DNA of 64,000 nt. Source: Raja brachyura (taxonomy: Eukaryota). Below are positions 1-10,879 of this stretch, piece after piece. Location: positions 11,966,001-12,030,000 of the forward strand of contig OY740808.1 of the NCBI GenBank assembly GCA_963514005.1, written 5' to 3'. The notes below the pieces were generated by a model. It was not told where the DNA came from and searched no databases. It was given only the letters and a program-made list of their open reading frames with translations. The position numbers and the translations under genes are program-made. Each line of letters opens with the position of its first letter. Positions within the stretch are counted from its first letter, which is position 1.

Positions 1-705
1 CTGCATTATATTCTTTGGTGTATTGTGGACATTCCTAATCGTTTGCACAAGATAATTATATCTTGAATAGAAGGGAGACAAGTATTGTTTGGTCATCCCG
101 GTGCGTGCCGGTAGTGCAAAGGAGATTGAACAGCGCACATTGAAACAGGAAAGTGTTAACTTTATAGAGACTGAAGAGAGTGCTTTTAGTGGAATCTTGA
201 GGGGAAAATCAAAGTGCTGTAGGAACTCAGTGGGCCAGGCAGCTTCTGAGGAATGAAATTGACAGGTAACAGTTCGGATCAGGACCCCTATTCAAATGGA
301 TGTTAATGTTATGGATTGCATCAAAAGTGGAAGGAGAATAAATGGGAAGTAAAAAATTGAGTTAAAGAAGGAAATTGATCAAAAGCCAGCTAAAATAACA
401 CCCTACTTAATTGAGTGTGAAAGAATGATTTCCCGAAGAAACCAAACGCCATGGATCTGAAAAGTCACCTCTACTTATCTGTGATCATAGGTGCCATCTG
501 ACCTACTAACTGTTTCCAGCCATTTTTGTTCATAGCCGATATACGTCATTTTCATTCATAATTACGTGGTTCTTGCACAATTTAACTGGATAAAATGAAG
601 GAATCATAATAATTTCCATCTATAAACTTCACTGAACTTGATTGCAAAACCCACCTCCAGATTTGTCATCTATTATAACTGTAAAAAAAGGTCACTACAT
701 CTGAA

Positions 706-893
706 GGTAGGCAAAAATCCTGGCAGCATCTATGGAGTGAAGGAAAGGAAAGACTGAAGAAGGTCTGAAGAAGGGTCTCGACCCGAAACGTCGCCGATTT
801 ATTTCGCTCCATAGATGCTGCCTCTCTCGCTGAGTTTCTCCAGCATTTTTGCCAACCTTCGATTTTCCAGCATCTGCAGTTCCTTCTTAAATA
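706..893 (+). mobile_element. Penelope-derived hairpin mini-element with 14-bp TSD
   Basis: Inverted arms; TSD TCACTACATCTGAA at 692-705 and 894-907; CTGAAGAAGGGTCTCGACCCGAAACGTC at 765-792. Confidence 0.75.
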
Positions 894-2530
894 TCACTAC
901 ATCTGAAAATTTCCAATATTTTTAAATAATCGTATGATATTAAAAGAAACACACAATGAAACATTTTAGTCAGTTGGCTTTCCTGTGCCGTGTTTTCTCA
1001 GAGCGGATTCCTCTCTGAATGTAAATTCAGCCAAATGTCCAGCGACGGAGCGCAAAGCTAACAAGGTTGGTGGAATTAGTTCGTGTAGCTTGTACCTTCC
1101 GCATACAATCTAACGCCCGAAAGCGTCACTGAACTGATCACAGCTATATCAACCATTTAGCCAGTGCCTATTCAAGGACAAGATGGTTCCAAGCCATTAA
1201 TGTTATGTCCGCTGTCCGGTGCGTTGAAGACTGATAAAGTACCAATCCAAGTCACGCGTGCCTTTCCAGGCCTCAGAATGACCTCACGGGCCAAACTGGT
1301 TTAAGAAATAGTTAGGCAGGTACTGTGATCGGACAGGTTTGCAGGGATATGGGCCAAGCGCAGGCAAGTGGGACTAGTGTAGCTGGGGCATTGTTGGTCG
1401 CTGTGGGCAAGTTGGGCCGAAGGGCCTGTTTCCACACTGTAGCCCTGAATGACTCTTCATTTAGAGTTTCTAAACTCTGAAATTTCTCGACAATGGTCTC
1501 AGCCGACCCAATCAAGCCCATTTTACTCCAAAGTTTCAGTGTTCTTATATTCTGATTTGTTGTTTTACCCATTCAGAAATACGTTTCACTATATTATCGC
1601 TCACAATGACAAATCCTTCAAGCTACTCGTGGCCTTTTATTTTGTCAAATGTGTTTCAAGGATTTATCCTGTTTTCATGTAATTGTGCAAAACGCAATTG
1701 TCTTTCTCATATCTTCATTGCAATGATAGTCAGCGCCTTCTTTGCTCTTGACCATCAATCTTCCCTGAGCTACTTAAGTTGACAATTGAATGTATTATTG
1801 CTTTCAGTCTTATGGCGATGAATACGGAAATGGCAGGAACGTCCTCTGAATTGTTAGCTCGTCACACAGTTTTATAACCTAAAAATATACATATACACAT
1901 TGTGAACTGTTTTGAAGATTAAACTCTCCAAGCACAAATAATATGGCGGTTTGCTGCAAAGATTAATCGGCGCCATCGAAAACCTAAACGATTCATAGCA
2001 ATTTATATGTTTGGGTAACAACTGCAAAGAAAATCATGCTTTATAAAGTTTCCACAAATTAAGGCTAAAATTAATTCAAGAATTAGTCGTAAAATCGTCA
2101 ACGTGTTCTATTTTCACACTTTCCAGCTCGCAACCACAAATACAAAGTTGAAAATTAAAATAAAATTGGGACATTGGAAATCGGAAATAAAAACAGTAAA
2201 TGATGGTGACACTCGGTAGCATCTGTGAAGAGCTGATTTCTTTGGTTCTGGTGAAGCTTTATTGACTTAACATAAGTTCACGTCCTTTTTCCCTTCACAT
2301 GTATTCCCTGAGGTGTTGTGCATCCCTAGTATTTTCTGTTTATGCACAAAATATATCTGCCTGCCTACCCGCTGACTACATACCAGTTCCTACATCTGGC
2401 CATGTAATTTGCTACTCTTCTGTTCTCCTCTATGATTCTAGCTATACCCTCCGCCCTCCACCCAACGCCAATGCAAGAAAACAGCTCGATGATTTGCCAA
2501 TATCACTCTACAATGATCCAGTAATTCGAT

Positions 2531-2578
2531 GTCACGTGGATAGAGATTTGCATGAATAATTAAAACTCGGTGACGTTG
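2531..2578 (+). promoter_or_regulatory. IgL cluster 1 V promoter: E-box (GTCACGTG) - octamer (ATTTGCAT) - CRE-like half site (TGACGT)
   Basis: CACGTG at 2533-2538, ATTTGCAT at 2546-2553 and TGACGT at 2571-2576, about 120 bp upstream of the leader ATG. The same module recurs with identical spacing at cluster 2. Confidence 0.9.
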
Positions 2579-2673
2579 TGATGTCGAGGAGTTCTTAAGG
2601 GGAGATTTCTAAACAACCAGAAGGACCTCTGTCGGAAAACATTTAGATTCTGACCCTCGCCACCACCTTCACC

Positions 2674-2722
2674 ATGTCTGAATGGATTTGCCTTCTCGCC
2701 GCATTCGTGTTCTGTTTCCATA
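2674..2722 (+). CDS. IGL: Ig light chain (type II/lambda) cluster 1, leader exon
   Basis: ACCATG Kozak; MSEWICLLAAFVFCFH + A, then GTAAGT donor at 2723 (phase 1); 90-nt intron ending ttatttcaccAG at 2812. Confidence 0.93.
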
Positions 2723-2812
2723 GTAAGTAGGAAACCTAATCATCAGGCAGCTGATCTTTGCATTCTGCTGATAGATTGTATGTTTACGAATATTAATTTG
2801 TTATTTCACCAG

Positions 2813-3154
2813 CTTCAATCGCAGAGATTTTGGTGACTCAGGACCCAATGTCCATCTCTACTTCTCCGGGAAAATCTGTCAAGATCACTTGTACCCTCTC
2901 AGGAGCTCAGATGAGCAGCTACTACACGAGCTGGTACTGGCAAAAGCCAGGCGGCGCTCCGGTCCTTGTGTGGTATGAGAGCTCCAGAGCTTCTGGAATT
3001 CCAGATCGATTCACCGGTACCGTCGATGAGCCAAATAACAAGATGCACCTGACCATCACCAACGTGCGATCTGAGGATGTTGCTGATTATTACTGTGCAG
3101 TGGCAAGTGCTGGTGTACTTACATTCGGCAAAGGAACCAGACTGAATCTGAGCA
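2813..3154 (+). CDS. IGL: Ig light chain (type II/lambda) cluster 1, germline-joined VJ exon
   Basis: EILVTQDPMSISTSPGKSVKITC...WYWQKPGGAPVLVWY...GIPDRFTG...EDVADYYC-AVASAGVLT-FGKGTRLNLS. V and J are in one frame with no RSS; GTGAGT donor at 3155. Confidence 0.96.
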
Positions 3155-5814
3155 GTGAGTAAAATAATGGCTCTCTGAAAAATGGCATTTGACTAATCGC
3201 CAGCTTTCAATTTTAACCGGTTTTCAAAACGTTCAACAAGTCGTCCTCCAATTCTTGCAATAATACGGAAGCGTATATGACAAACCCAAATTTGCTTTGT
3301 GAATATAAATGGAACTTGACGCCATTATAATATATTAATGCAGGGTAGGTGAATAGCCTCCGGTTAGATTTAAAGAGAACGAACTTACATTTGCGTAGTG
3401 TGATAAAAACTTGGGGGAAATAAACAAACTGGCTGAAGCGCTTAGCGAGTTATTCAGCATCTGTGGAGGCAATTCAGGTTGAGACCCAGCATCCTAAGTT
3501 CTAACTCCAAGGTGTTACGTACACAGATGGTGCCTGGTCCACTGAGTTCGTCCACCAGTTTGCTTTTCTTTGCTCTAGATTTCAGCATCTGCCGTCTACA
3601 TGTTTGCGTGTTAAAATGTTGGAGCGGATCTCGGAGTCACTTATTAGATGATCCTGTTACCGAGCGTTTCAACGTTGAGAGGAGACGGGGATGGTTAGGT
3701 CTGGATGTAACATAGGCAGGTGTGATAGATTCAAAGAAAAAATAGCCGTGTCAGTATCGAAGCCAACACTGATGCACCGATGAAAGTAGAGAATTGTTTG
3801 AGTGTGTGTTTAGCAATGTCCTATGAAGATCTTCGCCGTAAAGTTCGACGAGGAAATACAGTTTGAATTGACTCCCGTGCTAAAACTCATTGTCAGCAAA
3901 TACCAAAATCGCAATTATAAAACCTGTACACGTCGCATTTTAATTCACAGCAAACAGTATGGGCAGCATTTTTCGATCGATGTTGCAGGAGCTGGTGTAT
4001 GAAATTGTTGCAAGGTTTACTCATCTCCAAATTTTGAACATTCAATTAGAACATTCAATTAGAATATGCCTTGAAGCCCGTAACGCAACCTCTGCGTTTT
4101 ACATAGTCGGCGCATGGGCTCCAACAGCGCTCTTGAGTTGAGATGTCAAATAATTTAGCGCAATCTAATAACTAAGTTTATTTTCACCTGTCTTTACATC
4201 GTCCCCTCCCTTCCAGAATTCCAAGCCAAGAACCGGCATCCCGGTATCTAAAACTGTCAAAGGCAATGGACAATATTTATGATATTGTCCATGTTTTCAG
4301 AGCGCAGTCCCGGCCAGTATAACTTCTCTTTGTAGTACAATCTCCGCAACTTAGGAATTAATTTGTGAATGAAGGTTGCAGTCCCTCCATTGTATCAGCA
4401 TTCGTACAATTTGCAGCGGATGCATCTGATATCCAACTCCGCAATTATAGAAAACAATTTAAAGATTTAAAATTTTAAAACCCGCGCTTTTTCAGGAGCT
4501 TGTCAAAAACAATCCCTTTTGGTGCGACAGTATTAACAGCATTTAGTGGTATTGAAACGAGGATCGGGTGAACTGTGTTTTACGATAGCAAGAGAAGGGC
4601 CGTACAATAAATGCAGATGCTTAAATCCTGAATAAAACACAAAGTGCTGGGGAACACAGTGGACCAGGCAGCAGCTGTGAAGCGAATTAACCTGTTCATT
4701 CCCTTCCAAGATGCTGCCTGACCCTCCGAGTTCCTCCAGCATTTTGTGTTTTACACCATAGAGTAGGGCGAACTGGCTTCAGGAGTCTTACTTCATCCCT
4801 TGAGAAGACAATGGATTTTATTTTCACTAAGAGGGAGTTTCCATTGATATCTTACGTTTCACATCCCCAGTATCCTTTGTAGTAGGATAGCAAGGTATTG
4901 GCCTGGATACATCCGGGGACATTTTTTTCGAACTGAAATGTCTTCTTCGGCTTGGTGTATCGATAAACATTGATTGATACTAACTGTCGTTATTGGTTGG
5001 AAAATGCATTTAATGAACTTGCACATTCTGTGACTTTAGCACTCATGACCTTGCCCATGTGTATGTATCGCGGGGAGGATGAAGTTATTTAGCAGACTTT
5101 TGAATTTGTTCTTCCTGTGAACCGGCCGGGATCTTGGTCAATGCGAGTAGGTTGGTTGACGGAATTAACATCCCGACGCCCGAGTGGTAGCCTGATATAC
5201 TTTTGGCGCATCCATCAGAAATAGTGCAAAATTGTGAACAATTGAAGTGGCGAAGGAGGTGGGGGTTAAATTGCAGCGGAAATTATCTGAATTGGACACA
5301 CTGAAATATTTTGAGTTTGGCGGCTAATCTCCAAATCTCGCTGCTTATAATTTCAAGAATGGAGTGAAACGAGACCAAAGCATTTCATTGTAAGAGTCTT
5401 TAATTAATGTTGATTCCTCTGACCGACCCCACCTGCCCCCAGCCCTCCTGAATCACTGATTTTACATCGAAAACATTAAGATTGTCCTAATTATATTTTC
5501 AACCCTAAGGTACGTGAATAGGATGAACATTGAATGGACACAGCGTATTTACGGGACTGCCTCTTTCCAAAATCTCTACCTAAAATCGTTGATTTATTCT
5601 TACATTTGTGAATCGTTTCCAGACCTTTGGACAAACTGTAGTAATGATTTTCTGTTGCACAGACATTTTAACGTGTTCGCAAAATTATATTAATTGTAAA
5701 GTAGTGGAAATAAAAACATAATACATCGGGGCAGGAGTAGACCACCCAATACTTCCAGTTGGCTCCGAAGATACTCAGTTTATATTAATCCTAAATGTCC
5801 TGAAAGATATTCTG

Positions 5815-6048
5815 TTCAAGAGAGAACTGCAGATGCTGGAAATATCGACGGTAGACAGAAATGCTGGAGAAACTCAGCGGGCGAGGCAGCATCTACGGAG
5901 CGAAGGAATAGGTGACGTTTCGGATCGAGACCCTTCTTCAGACATTCTTCAATCTGAAGAAAGGTCCGGACCCGAAACTTCGCCTATTTCCTTCGCTCCA
6001 TACATGCTGGTTCACCCGCTGAGTTTCTCCAGCATGTTTGTCTACCTT
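5815..6048. mobile_element. Penelope-derived hairpin mini-element in the J-C intron, 14-bp TSD
   Basis: Inverted arms of about 95 bp; TSD TGAAAGATATTCTG at 5801-5814 and 6049-6062. Confidence 0.8.
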
Positions 6049-6301
6049 TGAAAGATATTCTGAATCTGTTCTCTCGGGAAATGTTCTCGCTGCATGCAAC
6101 CTTTCAATACATGAAAGGTTTTCCTGTTTCGATGCGAATATCATTCATTGCTCTGAAATCTAGAGATTGCATCCCCGTCTACTCAATTCTACCTCACACG
6201 GCAAATAATCTATCTATGGAACCTGGGGAAGCAAAGTAAACACTTGAATCGGAAGGCCAGCGTTAATAATTCACTATGCTGTACTTCTTTCTATTTTCCA
6301 G

Positions 6302-6624
6302 ATCCCCAGCCTCCCGCGGTGTCCGTGCTTGGACCTTCAGAGGAAGAAATCGCGGGAAAGGGCACCGCCACTCTGGTGTGTTTGGTGAACGGGTTTAACC
6401 CGGGCGTTGTGGAGATTGGGTGGACGGTGGACGGCAATGCGAGAAGTGATGGCGTCGACACAGGCCGAGCCCAGCAGGATCAGGACAACACGTTCAGTAC
6501 CAGCAGTTACCTGACTCTGCCAGCATCAGACTGGAACTCACACGAGATTTACTCCTGTGTGGTTAAACACGAGACTCAGGCAAACCCACTGAAGACAAAC
6601 ATCGCCAGATCTGGTTGTGCTTGA
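6302..6624 (+). CDS. IGL: Ig light chain cluster 1, constant (C-lambda-like) exon
   Basis: ctattttccAG acceptor in phase 1; NPQPPAVSVLGPSEEEIAGKGTATLVC...W...YLTL..SDWNSHEIYSCVVKHE...RSGCA*, a C1-set Ig domain with penultimate Cys. Confidence 0.96.
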
Positions 6625-6660
6625 TTCAAAAATATGATGTTTTGAATTGATACATTTGGA

Positions 6661-6666
6661 AATAAA
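6661..6666 (+). terminator. Polyadenylation signal of IgL cluster 1
   Basis: AATAAA about 36 nt after the C stop codon, followed by a GT/T-rich tract. Confidence 0.8.
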
Positions 6667-7029
6667 ATTCACGCTCAGAGATTACATGTCTGCTCTCTTT
6701 TATAGATTGTTTCAGTCACAGCAATTGCACAGTGTAATTTAATAAGATGGGGAGAGCAATAATGTCTCATTTATCGCCCTGCATTGCTCGATTTAAAAAA
6801 AAAACAATGATATCCTAAATATGCATTAATACATTAGTAAATATGCCGAGCAAAAGCTTTAAGTTCAGCTAATTAGCTTTACAACAGTTAGGGCGGAAAC
6901 GATGTAGCACACGAACAGTTTATTCGCCATGATTGTATTTCCAGGCCATGGCGCCGAATTAAACTAATCCAAGTTGGTCTTTTTTAAGTAATTCTAGGTA
7001 GGTTACGGCTGGAAAGAACAATGAATGGC

Positions 7030-7245
7030 TATGAAAGGAACTACAGATACTTGTTTACATTGAAGATAAACACGAAATGCTGGAGTAACTCAGCGGGACA
7101 TGCAGCATCGCTGGATAGATAGACCGCCCTGCAGTGTGAAGAAGGGTCATCAATTCCTTCTCTCCAGAGATTCTGCCTGTCCCGCTGAATTACACCAGCA
7201 TTTGTGTCTATCTTCAGTGTAAACCAGTATCTGTAGTTCCTTGCT
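7030..7245. mobile_element. Hairpin mini-element (related subfamily)
   Basis: AAGGAACTACAGATAC..GGAGTAACTCAGCGGGACA and its reverse complement TGTCCCGCTG..GTATCTGTAGTTCCTT. Confidence 0.7.
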
Positions 7246-7878
7246 ACGTACTTCTGTCAACCGTGGTCCAATTTTTTGTCGATGAACTGGTCTCACATTT
7301 AAAAGCATATCAGTGACTGTTACTACATACCAGATTTACATATGATTTTCACTTGGCCGATTTTAAACATTGCATGTTTTTTACATTCTAAACGGGTTTC
7401 AGTGATAGTTATACGCGAGCAAGTGCTAATGCAACGCGTCAACTGTAAGTTTATGGAACCGTTAATTCGCAACCACCCAATCTTCACCTTCTCTGATTAT
7501 ATTATATCTGATAATATTTTCACGACGGTGGCAATTTTGCCACAGCCGTAGTCCAGTACTCCAGTTGGGTACTCCAGCGCCGCAGACTTCATTAAGATTG
7601 ATTATGGAGTACACAACTCGCCGGAAAATTAAAACCGCTCAAGTAAGATGGGGAAGTTTGGATTGGTTTGTAGAGGGCCAGTGCAACAACAACCGGAGAG
7701 GGCTAGGTAAATAAAGCAGAAGAAAAATGCTGGAGGAACTCGGGTGGTTGCAAGATTTGGTGGCAAAGAGACAGGCAACGTTTGGGGTCGAGTGCGTGCA
7801 TCCGGATTGTTTGTAGAAGGGAGGTAGCCAATATAAAAAGCTAAGAATGGGGTTGAGACATGGGCTGGCTGGTGAAAA

Positions 7879-8229
7879 GTTAAGAAGGGGAAGAAGGTGC
7901 CATGCTAAAGAGGGGGGGGGGGGGGGGGGGAGGTGACTGAGTCGGGAGAAAGCAGTTAGTGGGTGGGTGATAGAGACTGATATGGGGAGAGAAGCAAAAA
8001 TGAGAAAAATAGGCCGGGGGAAGATGGAAGATGATATGTAGAGACACGTGAGGCTGCACTTACGGAAACTGATAGTGGGGAAGGTGAGAGGTGAGAACTA
8101 GTTAAGAAGGGGCAGAAGGTGCCATGTTAAAGAGGGGGGGGGGGTGATAGAGTCGGGAGAAAGCAGCTAGTGGGTGGGTGATAGATAGAGACTGACAGGG
8201 TCAGAGAAGCAAAAATGAGAAAGGAGGCC
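7879..8229. repeat. Direct duplication of about 130 bp (7879-8015 and 8101-8229) in a purine-rich segment
   Basis: GTTAAGAAGGGG..AGAAGGTGCCATG..GAGTCGGGAGAAAGCAG..AGAAGCAAAAATGAGAAA occurs twice. Confidence 0.85.
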
Positions 8230-8384
8230 AAGGGGGCAAAGTGAGAGTTGGTGGGCACATGGAACCAGTTGGACAAGGAGTAGGAGAAGGAGAGTTGCGT
8301 AGATCTGTTAAAAATTTATCACTTTTAATCAATTAAGGAAATACACAGCCATGTTTCAAACTGGGGTAGGCACGAACAGCTTTG

Positions 8385-8555
8385 GTGACTCAGCGGGACA
8401 GGCAGTATCTCTGGAGAGAAAGTATTGCTGACCAAGAAGGATCTCGAACCGAAACGTCAATCATTCCTTCTCTCCAAAGATGTTGCCTGTCCCGCTGAGT
8501 TTCTCCAGCTTTTTGTGTCTATCTTCGGTTTAAACAAGCATCTGTAGTTCCTCCC
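8385..8555 (+). mobile_element. Hairpin mini-element (degenerate)
   Basis: CTCAGCGGGACAGGCAG..TCTCTGGAGAG / CTCTCC..TGCCTGTCCCGCTGAG inverted arms. Confidence 0.65.
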
Positions 8556-8989
8556 CGCACATTTAATCTCACTGGGATAGTGTACATTCGAAAGGAAGGG
8601 ATAAATGAGACGATTTGCACTGGAAAGGAGATTAGTTACAGGATTCAGCATTGAGATGTCACTATGCCGATAAGATATTGTCACTATGTCACTATGACGA
8701 TAATAGTCACTATGACAAAAAAAAGATCCCACAATGGGTGAGATGGTGCCCCTCAATGTTGAACGGCCAAAACCTTTCCCGAAACGAGCTTGATAGAAGC
8801 TGATCCTTGAATAATATGATGCGAGCGATGTGATGGTCCACGAAAGCGCCAGAAAGCTCTTGACAAAATGGGAAAGTCGTCTCCTAGTTTTGCTGTTTGT
8901 CAAACTAATGGGGGTCTTTCAATGTCTCTAAACCTTTCTGACATTCAGAAGCCATTAAAGGTACGGAAACAGATTAAAGTGAATTTCAT

Positions 8990-9877
8990 TCAAAAGAAAG
9001 CAAACAAATTCCGAACGACAGACGGGAAAACATATATTATATGTACATAAATGTTCGATTAATGTAAGACATAACCTAATTCAATTTAAAATGTTACACA
9101 GATGATATTACTCGATAACTAGACCGAATAAGATATTTCCAAATGTCTCCCCCATTTGTGATAAATGTCTAACTCAAAATGCCACTACAGCACATTCCTT
9201 TGTCTCTTGTACATAACTGCACACATTTTGGAATTAAATTTTTGGAATTTTTGCGAAAGTATTTAACACAAAATTGAACCCCAATACAGAACTGATTATG
9301 TTTGGATCAATGGAAGAGGGGAGTAAATTAACTACGTTTCAAGAAGCTTTTCTTAATTATGGTTTAATAACAGCAAAAAAACATACTCAAATTCTGGGAA
9401 AACGCAACCACGCCAACGTTCAAAAAGGTGGATTTCAAATATGTCAGAAACGATACATCTTGAAGAAATGAGATTCCTCCTACTAGACAAAGTAGACCAA
9501 TTCTTAAAGACTTGGTCTCCTTTTATCGACTTTTTACAAGCATATGGTGCAACATAACACAACCTAAGAAATTAAATGATTCAGAACCGAGTGACGGATG
9601 GGTAAGAGTACGAAATAGGTAAATCTCTCCTAATTTATTTTCTCTCTGCTTTCTCCTTTTCTCTCAATCTTCTTAGCTTTTCATTTCTGCTCTTTATCAC
9701 TTTCGCTATCTGTTCCTACTCGCTTGTCCATCTATTTCGACACTCTTTATTTCCCTTTTTCTTTCACTGTTCTTTTATTATTAACTTAAAAACACGAAGT
9801 TGTACAAGAATGGTAATGCGTATGTATGTATTAGGTACTTAGGTACCACACTACTGTACATACATCTAACAAAAATA
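8990..9877 (+). mobile_element. L1/Tx1-type LINE 3' fragment
   Basis: Broken ORF2 C-terminus (CDKC..HSFVSC; LITAKK..KFW..; EEMRFLL..FLKTWSPFIDF) followed by a pyrimidine-rich 3'UTR that runs into the gap. Confidence 0.65.
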
Positions 9878-10038
9878 NNNNNNNNNNNNNNNNNNNNNNN
9901 NNNNNNNNNNNNNNNNNNNNNNNNNNNNNNNNNNNNNNNNNNNNNNNNNNNNNNNNNNNNNNNNNNNNNNNNNNNNNNNNNNNNNNNNNNNNNNNNNNNN
10001 NNNNNNNNNNNNNNNNNNNNNNNNNNNNNNNNNNNNNN
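9878..10038. other. Assembly gap (161 N)
   Basis: Run of n characters. Confidence 1.
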
Positions 10039-10879
10039 GCAAATGGACACAATTAAAATATGAATAAAATATGAAGCGTGAAACATAAAAGATGAAACAT
10101 CAGATAATTGAAATAAATAAAAATGCAGTTAGCCTTCAGTTTTTGACCCCAGAACCTTCTTTCAAATGAATGAGCCCATAGATCCTGCAGGAGATTAAAT
10201 AGTAATCTAAAGGAATCTCAGTCAGCCCTCACTCCACCGATGGGAATACCCTGGTGTGGACTGCGGTGGCGCTGCAGGTAGACCATTTGCTTCGGATCTC
10301 CAGCGAGCTGGGTTGAACCCTGATCTCCGATGCAGTCTTTGCGCTATTTTCTCCTTCTCCCAGTGACTGCCGTCTGCAACCCCCCCACCCCCTGACCCAC
10401 AGTGAGCTCCAATTTCTCATCAAATCCCAGGGTCGTGCAGTTTGTTGGGCTAATTGGCCACTGTAAATTTCAGTTAATGTAGGAGCATTAACTGTCATTG
10501 TGAGCGAATAGGTTACGATGAAATAAGCAGGAGAACGGGATGGATTGGATTGTTCTCGGACCTGCGAACACTCCCATCCATGTCATTGTCAAATCTGAAA
10601 TCACAGCATGAAAATAACAAGCAGTCATCCGGATGTCCAGATATGGGACCTCCCGTTAATGTGGAAGTATTAACATTTATTTTAAATAATTTTGAGAGCT
10701 TTTGTTATTTAAGTGGAAATTTTGCTTTGCACTGAGGAAGTAGAAACGGTTGGCCAATCAGCAGATTTAGATTTCATGTGCACTGAACACGGACACTGAA
10801 GTACAAATGGAAAAGGAGGTAAAACATCCCTGCAAATATGCTTTTTTTAATCACAGGTTGGTGATAACACTCTTAACCC

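Noticed and set aside
3091-3097. Cryptic heptamer TACTGTG at the end of V1 (V-replacement signal)
   Set aside because: It arises from Tyr-Cys-Ala codons, is absent in VJ2, and there are no RSS-bearing donor V segments in the window.
8655-8716. GTCACTATG repeated four times (CRISPR-like or regulatory array?)
   Set aside because: Short irregular micro-duplication without constant-length unique spacers; eukaryotic context.
9781-10086. ORFs spanning the N run
   Set aside because: Artefacts of the assembly gap.
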